Assembly (NCBI GenBank): GCA_905178155.1
Contig: CAJINV010000025.1
Coordinates: forward strand, 102,453-166,452
Direction: 5' to 3'
Length of the DNA stretch: 64,000 bases
From: Amoebophrya sp. A120
Lineage: Eukaryota > Protista > Dinoflagellata
Positions 49,813 to 60,981 of this stretch are shown piece after piece. Numbering within the stretch: the stretch's first letter is position 1; the number at the start of each line of letters is the position of its first letter. A program made the translations under genes and the position numbers. Below the pieces are notes generated by a model. The model searched no databases, was not told the DNA's origin, and worked only from the letters and a program-made list of their open reading frames with translations.

Positions 49813-52158
49813 ATGTTGTTCAACAGCAAAAACGATCGTCGGATGAACGACGAGTGGGGCTTCCGTGTATGCACTGCAAATATGTCTTGGTCTGGATTTG
49901 TCATGCGAGAATAGAAGGGCAACAAAATCTGTAATGCATGAATGCGATCATTGGCCACTTGAATCGCCATTGCTATATCGTGCTGGAAGGCGGTCTCCTG
50001 TCATGCGAAATACGGCAGATTCGGATTCCGCAAGAAGGACCTAACATGCAAGACTCAGCATGGCAAATTGTGTGCTTTGATCCAGATTTAGACACATTTG
50101 CATTTGATACCGCAAGCACTTCGACCACCGCGACCAACAAATGAAAGCGCACGAACTCAACGCGGGCATGTTCTCTGCGGACGGACACCACAACCCGGTG
50201 ATCCAGCGCTCGGGGACCGGGCGCAACGCGGAGCTCCGCGGGCAGTACCAGGTACAGGCCAACGCGATGCAGGCCCGGCTGATGGACAAACTGGCGGACA
50301 GACGGGCCGAGATGCACCGGATACCGTATGGAGTTCTCAAATGTTACATTCTCAACTGTTACATGAATTTGTATATGCAAGACTGGCAAAAGTGAAAGGA
50401 GGAAGATTGCGCCCTTTGCATTACAAGTTTGGCGCAGATTTAGATGCTGTCTAGCCCACCTTCCGCAATTTGTCTTGCGAAGCAGCTCGATCATCTGCCG
50501 GCTTAAGGAACTTTTGCATGACAAATTCATGTAACAGTTGAGAAGGTAACGTTTGAGAACGCCATATACCGCAGGTAAACCCTTCCGCCGTCGAAAAGAT
50601 GCGGGTGCTGCACACCCTCGGGATCTATCACTACATGAACAGCTTCGGGTTGTGCTGCTGCTTGTGCTACTTTTCGCCCTTCACCTGCATGATGGGCATG
50701 CTGGTCCGGCAGATCAACCAGTATGAGGATTTTGACGTGATCAAGCACCGGGTCCGGTCCGCGCTGCTCTTTTCGAAGATCGTGCTTGTTGTGTGCGTAT
50801 CCCGTGCAAAAGTATCGTACTCGTAGTATTTGCAATCATGCATTACAAACCTTTTTCTTAAGGTAAATCCGCATTACAAATTTTATTTCTCATGCTGAGG
50901 AAGTTTGTCATGCACATGCTCATGCATTTACACGAGTGCGATACTTTTGCAGTTCATAGTGCGTGTTCGGCATGCTGCCCACGGGGGTCTTTGTTTGTCT
51001 CGCCGCCATCGGCCTGTGGACGGACCGGGGCAACTTCGCGACGAACGTCACCCTGTGGTGGTGGGACGGCCCGATGAAGGGCGCCGGCTTTTCGAGCGAA
51101 AACTCCTGGTTTGTCGCTTTCGCGCTTTTTTCGTTTCTCTCGTTCCTGGTGGCGATCTACGCCGTATACGTTGCTGCGGGCATACACACGAACCTAAAAT
51201 GGCTGTCCGAAAACATAGACCTGCTCCAGGCCGCGGAGGAGATGGCGCCTTGGTTCATATCAAATGCAAAAATGTCTGGGTCTGGAAGAACGCAACTTGT
51301 CATGCTAAATCTGGAATCCAAAAAAGTCTGTATTGCATGAGCAGCAAAGGGAGTGTAATCTTTCCTACGCGGAGAGGGCATTTGTCATGCGGAATAGGCA
51401 CCAAGAAGCCTTCAAAAAATCTGTGATGCTAGGGCATGCATCACAGACATCAGGGCTCAGGCACGACGTGCATGACAAATCTCAGAATCATCCAGACCCA
51501 GACATTTTTGCAATCCATAGTTCATGGGCGACGACTACTGGGGCGACGACCCCACGGGGATCTACGCTTATGACCCCTGGACGGGGCCCCCGAGAGACTC
51601 GAAGGACGATCCCTGGGCGGCGCACCACGTACGCATTGCAAATATCGATGTCTGGGTGGAGTCTGGAATAAACTTGTTTTCTTGCTAGTGTGTGAGGACA
51701 CCTGCATAATTTTTATACAGACTGGCTGCTTGTTGTACGGCATAACAACAGCATGCGAAGTTGTTTTCCTCAGCTGCTTGCGGATTCATTTTCATTGTCG
51801 TTCGCATGTAGCATTACAAACTCAGTATCATAGCACAAAACTGACCAATCGTATTTATGGTTATGCATCACAAATCCTTGTTGTCCTCGAAGTTCCGCAT
51901 CACAAATCCGCACTCAGACAACATATTTGCAATGCATACCACGAGCTGGATGATCACGATGACCACGAGTGGGGTGTCGACGTCACAGCGGATATAAACG
52001 CGGCCGTTCGACAGGCGCAAGAGGAGCACAACTTTCGTGGCGACGAAAAATTGGAAATAAAGATGCGCGTTAGGGAAGACTGGATAGAAGCGAAAGGAGG
52101 TAAGGATTTAACACCGACTTGGTTGGACGACTGCTTACTGTTTACTTTAGTTAGTTAA
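49813..52158 (+). CDS. unknown multi-pass membrane protein, 6 exons
   Basis: Five introners remove in frame; Cys-rich LCCCLCYFSPF and hydrophobic segments; acidic/Trp-rich tail. Confidence 0.75.
49868..50109. mobile_element. introner family A-like, TSD ccgtg/ccgca
   Basis: TIRs, frame restored. Confidence 0.85.
50327..50566. mobile_element. introner family F (tatggagttctcaaatgttac, ~45-bp TIR), TSD taccg
   Basis: TIRs, perfect duplication. Confidence 0.92.
50798..50958. mobile_element. introner family S, TSD gtgcg
   Basis: TIRs, perfect duplication. Confidence 0.92.
51258..51519. mobile_element. introner family A, TSD gttca
   Basis: TIRs, perfect duplication. Confidence 0.93.
51630..51938. 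mobile_element. aged introner family A-like, TSD ccacg
   Basis: tacgcattgcaaatat...atatttgcaatgcata. Confidence 0.88.
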
Positions 52159-52379
52159 ACTACTTTTTATCGTCAGCGCCAGCAACGTCCTCTAAAAGAG
52201 TAAAAGTGGACTAACATTATTTCAACCAAAACACTCGTCGGAGGTCCGAGTTATCGAGCGTCTAGCGCAGACCTTTTGCTGCGGTAGGGTTCAAAGTGGA
52301 CTCCTCACCGCCTTCGCTGATTTCGGTTTTTCGTGAGGAACGCGAGACAAAAGCAGCATTTTAACAGCACGCGTTGAGC

Positions 52380-54632
52380 ATGTTCAGTGTAAGTGCAAAA
52401 ACTACGAACAATTTTGTTATCGCAGGCGCCTCCTATGTGGATAATTTTCGTGACGAAGCGAAAGGTCAGCTGGCCGCCGGTGGCGGTTTTAGCGGCACCG
52501 GTGGTAAATTTGAGGGTATCATGGAGAAGGGCCGGGGCAAAAACGCCGCGATGCAGGAAAAAGGCCAGTTTGCGAGGGGTAAGAACTACGCGGGACAGGA
52601 GAAGTATGGGAGTGTCAGAATTGAAATCGACAAAGTTGAAATAACTTGTAATGCATAAAATCGATACCAGTTGGAAGCCCAATTTCTAAGCGGTGCATGA
52701 GAAATTTCGGCACCGTCTAAATCCAGTTTGTCATGCTGTTTCGGGACAAAAGGCGTCTCTTGTCATGCTACTTTAGCAGCTCTATCACAGACCCCAAACA
52801 GGCTGCCAGTCGGCCTCACTTGCCATCCCTGCAAGAGAGGCACTTCATGCCTTACAGTTCATGCATGAGAAATTATTTCAACTTTGTCGATTTCAATCCT
52901 GACACTTCCATAAGAAGGGCGCGGACGCTCGGGCGAAGCAAAGCCAGATGAACAAAGAGATGGCGCTATCCTCTGCAAAAACGTGCCCACCCCAGAGTCA
53001 AGTTGGGAATCTAGCAACACAAATCTCGAAGTTTTAGGAGCTGTGCATGACAAGTTTTCCTCTTTCGTCTAGTGCTGGTTGGCATTGGAATCCGCATGAG
53101 GAAGCCATTGTCTCATCTCGTTTACAGCATTACAAAGTCCAAAACGCGAAGATTGGAAATGCCTCTCATGGAACTGCGCAATACAAATGTTCCTATCATA
53201 TTAATCATTGTGCCTTTGCATGGCAACTCTGTGGTGGGGACGTTTTTGCACAGGATAGGCGCCCGCGGGCGGCAAGCAGGCCGCTATGAAGGCGCAGAGC
53301 CAGGAGGGCTTAGCAAAGGGCAAGGCGATGCAGGACGTGGCCAGAACGGAGGGCGGGGGCCGCAACAAAGCCATGAACCAACAGATGGACAAACAGAACG
53401 CAATACGCAACGCAAATAAAAATTGGAAGCTCTGTAGGTCAGGAAGTGAAGCTCGTTTGTCATGTAGTTAGGTGAACAAGCACACGCAGCACACCGATAT
53501 GCTCCTGGATTGCACACAGAAGCATCACAGATTTTGCAAAAGCTTCGTACCTGATGCCTATTCCGCAGTATGAGAAGTAGGTCGATCTTTGTAGCGAGAA
53601 GACGAACTACGCAAGAACTACTTATTCTTGGCGTCCAGGTTGTGACTACATCACAGATTTTCATCCTTCGATCCAGAGGACGTAGCATGAATAAGCTGCA
53701 GGAGTTCTTCGCTTCGTTCTTCCAGACCCTCAGGCAACAACATATTTTCGATGCATACACAAAGGGCAAGCAGAAGGCGGGGCAGAAAGAGCAGGCGGCG
53801 CAATATCGAAATGAAAAATCCCCCTCCCCATATCAAAACGGAAATTTGTGATGCTGATTTGTGGTCACAAATCATCTTTGTCTTGTAGATAGGATCATGG
53901 GAGCCATTTGACGCATTCCAGAGCAAGTCTGTCATGCGCTTTCGACTACTGCAAGCCTGTTTGTCATGCGCAATTGCTAGCTTTCTGCATATCCAAACAG
54001 GCTGAGAAAATGCCGCCAAGCACTTTCTGCAAGACAGATCTGATTTGTGTACGCAAATCCAGCATCAGAAACTTCGTTTCGATATGAAGAGGGGGGATTT
54101 TTCCTCTCAATACGCAAGGGAAATACGCCGAAAACAACGCCTACAACGAGAACCTGGGCTGGGACAAAGCCGGAGGCTTGGATATGGGCAGCGGGGTATC
54201 CTATGTAAAAACGTCCCCACCCCAGAGCTGTTATGCGAATGCACAATGAGGACAGGAGTATCTGTAATGCGCATCTCCATGAGAGGCATTTCCAATCGTG
54301 TTTCGGCACTTGTATTTGTAATGCTGTAAACAGCATGAGAAATAAATGTCTTTCTCATGCGACTTCTCTTGCTAACCAGCACAACGCTGCAGATGGAAAC
54401 TTGTAATGCACAACTCCAAAAACTTGGGGATTTGTGTTGCAGACTTACCAACTTGACTATGGGGTGGGGACGTTTTTGCTCAGCATACGGGGCCTGGGCC
54501 GCCGGCGTAGACAGTACCATGGCCCAGCGGGGCGTCGATAAAGGTGCCTACGGAGATCCGCAGAGGGCCGCGCTGTGGGGCAAGGCACAGCCTGCTTACT
54601 ACGGGAAGTCGCAGTTTTCCGACGGATACTGA
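52380..54632 (+). CDS. hydrophilic G/K/Q/A-rich protein with ~14-aa repeats, 6 exons
   Basis: Five introners remove in frame to TGA 54630-54632; start codon uncertain. Confidence 0.72.
52605..52912. mobile_element. introner family C (opposite orientation to 33360), TSD agaag
   Basis: TIRs, perfect duplication. Confidence 0.92.
52967..53257. mobile_element. introner family B, TSD ggcgc
   Basis: TIRs, perfect duplication. Confidence 0.92.
53404..53757. mobile_element. aged introner, TSD cgcaa/cacaa
   Basis: Weak TIRs, frame restored (NAKGKQK). Confidence 0.72.
53804..54112. mobile_element. introner family D, TSD cgcaa
   Basis: TIRs, perfect duplication. Confidence 0.92.
54197..54487. mobile_element. 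introner family B (opposite orientation to 38132), TSD cgggg
   Basis: TIRs, perfect duplication. Confidence 0.92.
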
Positions 54633-55736
54633 TCGGAGTAAAAGACAGGTGGTGTCTCTGGTCCATAATGGCACCTTTTGACGAAGATGATGAACAGTAC
54701 GCTTTTTACTGCACACAGAACAGGAAAGCTACCATATTTATTCACACGATGCGAAACAGAGTGGTATAAATCCAAAAATAACTACCGCCCAGGAGTGCCT
54801 GCTCCTGCCCTCAGAGTAAGTACTTACTTACCCGGCCTTGAAGATTTATATGTCGGCCGGCCTGTGCTTTTTGTTCAATAAGGGCTGCATGATGCGCGAA
54901 CATTTCTACAACGAAGGAGCGAGGCTACGCGGCAGCTTCCAAGCTTTGTTTTTGCGCGTGTTCTCCTACTGAAGATAACTACACTTCTCGTGCGGTCACT
55001 TTCGACGAGGATGTTCTAAGTTACTACTCGGTTCAGTAATCTGCCCGAAGTTCTTTCTTGGATCCTCGCCTGAAGCTGTATGAACAAAAAAGCTCTGGTG
55101 AAAAAGTACAACTAGAACTACACGTGCAAAATAACGCAAGGCTTTATTTTCCTTCTTCGGTTGGAGGTTGTGTTAGTTTTGTTTCTGACCTTCAGGATCA
55201 AAGCCAAAGGGTCTGTTTGATGCGATAAGTTTTCTGCAGCTCGTCCATTCTTGCTTCTGAAGGGTTTTGCTGGATAATTTTTCCCTTTGATAGAGCACAA
55301 CTTCGATCCGTGGCTGGCTTTGATTTCTGTGTTGCTAAAGCTGACTTCTTTTTCCGTTTTCCGTTCCGTCCTCCTTGTCGTCAGAGATCCTGCAGAAGTG
55401 CCTTGTGAATTTTGATTGTTCCTCTTGCGTCGCGCTCGCGAGTAGACCCCCGACGGTTATAGTTACAACCAGAGCTGCAGGAGCGCTAGTTGTCGGCTAA
55501 CATTGCGTTTTTGTAGCGGTGGACAGCGCAAAAATGGCAATCAAAAGTTAATAAAGGATGGCTCCCACTTCGGTCCGGTCGTTTTTCTTTACAGATGGAA
55601 TAGTGACCGTAACTGTGACTGTATTGCTGTCGCTCAGCTTCTTGTAGCTGGTCCAGGTCCACCGCACAGAGAATCTGGTCTTCGCGCCCGCAAAGGTGGC
55701 GCTGCAGGCACTGCTGCTTCTGCAGCGAAGAGCAAC

Positions 55737-58700
55737 ATGATGAAGACAGCGGGCGAGAAGAAGCAGCAGCAGCAGGCCTACCGCATCTACTTCCTTCGCC
55801 ATGCGGAGAGCGCCAATAATGCGCGGGCGGAGGGCGAGACAAGGAACTGCGACCCCGGACTGACGGCTCTGGGAGAGCAGCAGCAGGAGGCCCTCGCCCG
55901 CGCTTTGCTGCAGAATAATGTAGAAGTCAGATCTGGCAGTGGCAGTGGTGCCGTGAAGGAGCAGTCGACGGGTTTGTTCCCCTTCTCCCGCATTCTCGTG
56001 TCGCCCATGACGCGGACGCTCCGGACCTATCAAATGCAAATATGTCTGGGTCTGATAGAAGTTTGCTGCAACTTGTGATGCGGATTCTAGAATAGGCAGA
56101 AAGAAAGACTTGTATTGCAGGGGGGCCAAAAGCTGCCCGTTTCTTGCTACTTACGCACATAGAGACTTTCTCATGCAGGACAGGCATCTTCAGGAAGCCT
56201 GCGCAAAACCTGTAATGCTTCTGCATGTTGCACTAGAGAGAGAGACCAGTTATCTGTGACCGAAAAGATGCATGACAAACTCCTGAACCTGCAGCACCCA
56301 TCCAGCCCCAGACATTTTTGCAATGCATAGAACCGCGAGCAGCCTGATCCGCCACACTGTCGAACACGCAGGCGGGCCTGAAGAACCCTATGACGTTAAT
56401 AATTTCCATTTCCTTTCCCGAGAAGGCAGTATAGTATAGTAACAATAGGCGTGGGCCTGCGGGCCTAAATTCCGGTGGGTTGGTCGGTCGGTTGGTTGGT
56501 TTTGGACAGACGACATGTGACCGAACCCGCTGCATTGTGTTTTGTGTTTTTCTGAGATTCATCCACTACTACTGTTGAAACTACCTACCTACCCACCTAC
56601 CTGGCGTCCTTTCCTATGCATTGTAGTACCGTGATCGCACCGACCCACCTACCTACCTATCCCTTTCCACCCAGAGACAGCTGGTCACGCCTACCGGCCT
56701 ACCCACCCACCAGCCTGGTTGGTGGGTGGGGCGAGGGAGCGTGCGCTGCCTATTGGCCACGCCTACCGACCTACCCACCCACCTCGCTGGTGGGTGGGTG
56801 GGGCCGGCGAGGGAGTGCGCGCTGCCTATTGGCCACACCTACCGACCTACCCACCCACCTTGCTGGTGGGTGGGTGGGGCCGGCGAGGGAGTGCGCGCTG
56901 CCTATTGGCCACACCTACCGACCTACCCACCCACCTTGCTGGTGGGTGGGTGGGGCCGGCGAGGGAGTGCGCGCTGCCTATTGGCCACACCTACCGAAGC
57001 TGAAGATGAAGACACTGATCAGCATGACAATGATGGGGGGGGGGGGGGCCTCGCGGCCGTGTCTCTAATTCCTCGCGCTAGTCCCTGGCCCTAATCCCTA
57101 TCTCTATAGAGTGATTATCTCTAATAATTCCCGATCTCCCGCTCTCCCTTTCATCTTTCTTATCCTGAATATCTCTAGATATCTATATCTGATCCCTGTC
57201 GCCCGGATCCTCGGCTCCGAGGATCCCTGCTTTCGGCCGACGCGAAAACAGGGATCCTGAGCTCCGAGGATCCCTGTTTTCGGCTGACGCGAAAACAGGG
57301 ATCCAACCGCCACCATCAGGTCGGAGGATCCCTGTTGTTGTGGGCGCGAAAACAGGGATCCTCGTGCGTGATGTTTAGGACAGACAGATTCTCGGTGGGT
57401 ATGACTCTAAGTGTTTATGCGTGACAAACTTCATCTTCATTACGCGGCTTTTTATGCATGACAAAATCAAACAAGAAGCATACTCATGCATGACAAATTC
57501 AACCACGCGTGACGCTTGCGCATGACAGATTCAATATTGTCTGTGGAGATCACGCACAGTAATAGAAATGTCGGCAGAGGTCTTGCTTGGGATATTGTCG
57601 GCGCCGGGCCTCGACGACGCGCCCGAGCGCTTCGTTGATTGTGTCCGCGTTTCGAATATCGAAGCAGGCGGACTTCGCGTCGATCGCAATCTGCGGATTC
57701 AAACGGAGATACACGCAGAGCCGCCACCCAAAGTACGCGTCTAGGATCATCCGCTCCCAGTAGTCCAAATCCCACGACACCTCCTCGGGCTCGTATTGCA
57801 GCCCGAGCTTTTTCAGTTCCTCCTTCTTCATGAACTCCCTAATGCTGGCCGCCCCAAGTTTTGTTTTTGTTGCGATTCCGCACTGTGTTATGCAACGCAA
57901 AAATATCGCGCTCGTGGCTGTGGAAACGCAAGCGCGAAGAGGAAGAAAGGGCACGTGAGAAGGCATAGGGGGACGCCGGCCTTGTCACGTGTTTCTTTTC
58001 TCCAAGCTTGCCAGCCGCCCTGCGGAATATTTTTGCATGGCGTACGCATGTCCGCATGCAGTTGGTACAAATAATCCACGCGCACACCCTTATGGCTGTT
58101 AACCAGCCAGACAGCCGGACCGGGGGAGCCTTCGCCGGGGTCTTTTTTACTTTTGTTTCCACTGGGGTCGAGGAGCACGCGCTCGGGGACGCAAACGTGC
58201 GTCCCTGAATCGTTTACGCAGTAGTTCGGATAGACGTACGTCCTGCATTTCTTGTCGTTGCATCTCCGCAAGACAATTTCGAAGTTCTCCACACCGCGCG
58301 CGCCCCATGCTTCTACTTTTACTGCCTTGTCCCGCACGTGCGTGGCGCCTCCACACAAGGGGCACACGACGCCTCCCTCCTCGGGTTCTTTCTTTGGCCG
58401 CCCGCGCCGCCGCGTCCTTCCCGCCTCTTGTTCCATTTTTTTTGCGAATTTACTTGACCGCGCACTCGACCACGAAAGACCTCTACGAAATTCTTACAAA
58501 ATAAGGCGGAGCTGCTGAATTCTGACTATAGGAACTGCTGGGGTCGCTGCTGTTTGAAAAAAATACTTTTTTGGTTGCTGGCGTTATTCTGGTAGAAAGG
58601 GAAATGGGTGGGTGGATTGGAATTGATCTCAGCCTCCGCGCGGGGAATTTTGGTGTGGGTAGCTAGGCTTCGTGGGGACGCCTTTTTTCTCGTGTAGCTC

Positions 58701-60724
58701 GTAATGCTGCAGCGGTAGTGCGAGTAGCGCAGTGTCGCTTTTCGTTGTTGGAAGAAAACTGCGATGCGGGTGAGCGTAACGCGGGCTTTTTATCTCGATC
58801 TTTTTTTCGAAGATTTCTTCTCGCCCATTGATGGCGTGTAGATGCTGAGGCGTTCTTCCTTTTTTGCGCGATGTAAGTGCAGGCCCTTCTTTACGAGCAC
58901 TACTTCTACCTACCCCGGCTACCTACCTGCCTACCTACTTTCCCACCGACCCTCCTACCTCTCCTTTCCTTCCGCGCCTCCCCGCGGCTGGTGTTCTGGT
59001 TGCAAACCTGTGGGCATGGCTGTAGACCTGCCGCGCGGGGGCAATTTTTTTTGCTGACCCGACCGGCCGGAGGGGTCGGTAGTGACCCGGACCGCCCTAC
59101 CAGCCAGACTCGCGCTGGCGCAGCGTCTCGATGGGCGTACCTTCTAAACCGCCACCCCGGCCCGGCGGCCCGGTTAGGAAGTGCGCAGCTAGCTGTGCGG
59201 ACTTTGCACCACAGAACGAGTCCAGGTAGACTCGTTCCTGTGCGGCCTTTATCAGCATTACAAACTGCGTTTCGGGTGCACTTTGGAATGCGGATTTTAG
59301 AACACAGAACGAGTTCAGGTGGACTCGTTCCTGTGCGGCCTCTAGCAGCATTACAAACTGCGTTTCGGGTGCGCTTTGTGATGCGGATTTTTGGAGCACA
59401 GAACGAGTCCAGGTGGACTCGTTCCTTTCCATTTCCTTTCCCGAGAAGGCAGTATAGTATAGTAAGTAAGTATCCACCGTCTGGAGGTGTCTGCAGTGTC
59501 TGTTGTGCAGCTCATGGTGCGGCAGTAATCACTACTTCTGCACCGTACTATATTGACTCAAAAACTCTGTTCCTGTTGGCATTGGCTGTTGGCTACAAAT
59601 TGAAAAAGTGAGCATGAAAAGATTTTTGCTGGACGTGGACCTGGAAATGGAATCTGTTCAACCTCATACATCCCCGCTGGCACCGACGACCGTGGAGCCG
59701 CTATTGTGCGAAGAGGGTGGTATATGAGAGTGCACAACTACTCGTCTTGCTCCCTCTCATTTGTATTTTTGCATGAACAGCAATACAAATGACACCACCG
59801 CACCTGGAGCCTCTGCATGGCAAATTCAACATGGGCCTAGTGTAGTACTGTTTGGGCTTCCGGAATCTGTCATGCAAACAGCGCCAAAAGGCAGCAGCTG
59901 GATTTGGCGTTTTGCATGACAAAGGAAAGGAAGGGGTAGTAGTTGTGTACTTTCATAGGGCATTTTCGAGGGTGACCGCAGCCTCTCCGCGGCGGAGCGG
60001 CAGATGCAGTTCGAGAACGAGGGGGGTGTAGTCGGCGGCAGTGCGGCTAGTACAACCGTCAAACGTGGGCTCAGCAAGGAGGAAATGGTAAATGTCGTGT
60101 TTGGGGAGACTGTATCACAAGAAGAAGTGTTAACGTTAAACGGAATTTGTGATGCACTAATGCATCACAAAACGTGCCCAAGTTTGTCATGCATAACATG
60201 CATACCAGGCAAAAATTATCATGCATTTTTGCAATCTATGAAAACCGTTAACGTTAGCACTTTTTTGTTTGACAGACTGCTCCCGCCTCTTCGTCTTGGT
60301 CTTGGAATCCACTGCTGAATCACGCCTTTCTCGCGGAGCACATGTGGATATGACAGCGCACAACTCGCCCTCATTTGTATAGCATGAATGGCAATACAAG
60401 CATCAGCAAGAGTGCCGGTTTTGCATGACAAATTTGCACTGGAGTGTAGTGCTATTTGGGCTGCCAGAACTTGTCATGCAAACAGTGCCAAGAGGCAAAG
60501 GGTGGGTTGGGTATTTTGCATGACAAATGAGGGGGAGGGGGAGTTGTGCACTGTCATAGTGGAGTCGCACTGGCATCACCTTGCTGACCGCACCAGACGC
60601 CGCACGACTGTCGGTCCGCTTTTACCGGAATGAATTCGACGACGCGTCTGGTACAGGAATAAAAACTAGCGATGATGCCGACGGGCCGCCTGGGTGGTGG
60701 GTTGGAGGCCGCGAGAGCCCGGAC
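55737..60724 (+). CDS. histidine phosphatase / phosphoglycerate mutase-like protein; C-terminal part missing in this assembly
   Basis: IYFLRHAESANN, DPGLTALGEQQ, VSPMTRTLRTA, LCEEGGIF, GLSKEEM, GWWVGGRES after splicing five introners; no second-His (xHG) motif found. Confidence 0.78.
56028..56329. mobile_element. introner family A, TSD ggacc/gaacc
   Basis: TIRs; restores RTLRTA. Confidence 0.9.
56403..56442 (+). repeat. 40-bp direct repeat, copy 1 (copy 2 at 59426-59465)
   Basis: tttccatttcctttcccgagaaggcagtatagtatagtaa identical at both sites. Confidence 0.95.
56685..56997. repeat. 76-bp minisatellite, ~4 copies, each with an internal hairpin
   Basis: cctattggcc at 56749, 56825, 56901, 56977; acccacccacc-loop-ggtgggtgggt. 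Confidence 0.92.
57219..57364. repeat. three hairpin units ggatccctg...aaaacagggatcc
   Basis: Read directly. Confidence 0.85.
57550..58436 (-). pseudogene. frameshifted ORF with AT-hook and Cys cluster resembling the CxC5 domain of KDZ transposons
   Basis: RRRGRPKK; CPLC..RCNDKKCRTYVYPNY..VNSH; second frame ends ..MILDAYFGWRL; resemblance judged by eye only. Confidence 0.45.
59208..59425. repeat. 93-94 bp tandem repeat (~2.3 copies) with gaacgagtcc..ggactcgttc palindrome
   Basis: acagaacgag at 59211, 59304, 59398. Confidence 0.88.
59723..59957. mobile_element. introner family H (tatgaSagYgcacaact), TSD tggta/gggca
   Basis: TIRs; restores EEGGIFEG. Confidence 0.85.
60113..60274. mobile_element. 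introner family G (gtgttaacgttaa), TSD gactg
   Basis: TIRs, perfect duplication. Confidence 0.88.
60349..60558. mobile_element. introner family H, TSD gtgga
   Basis: TIRs, perfect duplication. Confidence 0.92.
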
Positions 60725-60981
60725 TATGAATTGCAAATATGTCTGGGTCTGGAAGAATACAAACCTGTGATGCGCATTTCGGAACACAGAAAAATCTGTC
60801 ATGCATAGGTTGCACAAGCTGCCCACTTTCTGTCACCAAAGTGAGGGATTTGTCATGCGGATTCGGCATTGCGGAAGCTTCTCGAAACCTGTGATGCTAG
60901 AGCTTCCATGCCAGACCTTCTATGTCATGCAAAAACAGCATGACTCTTCCAGACCAGACCCAGACATTTTTACATTTGATA
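60725..60981. mobile_element. intact family A element with non-matching flanks (cggac/tacca); probable chimera
   Basis: Very similar to 36183-36445 yet no TSD; flanks belong to different genes. Confidence 0.8.

Larger units (their letters stand above)
56389..59668. mobile_element. 3.28-kb intron: ~257-bp introner plus 3023-bp insertion bounded by a 40-bp direct repeat
   Basis: tatgacgttaataatttccatttcc...ggaaatggaatctgttcaacctcata; removal +5 nt gives EEPPLAPTTVEPLLCEEGG. Confidence 0.78.
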
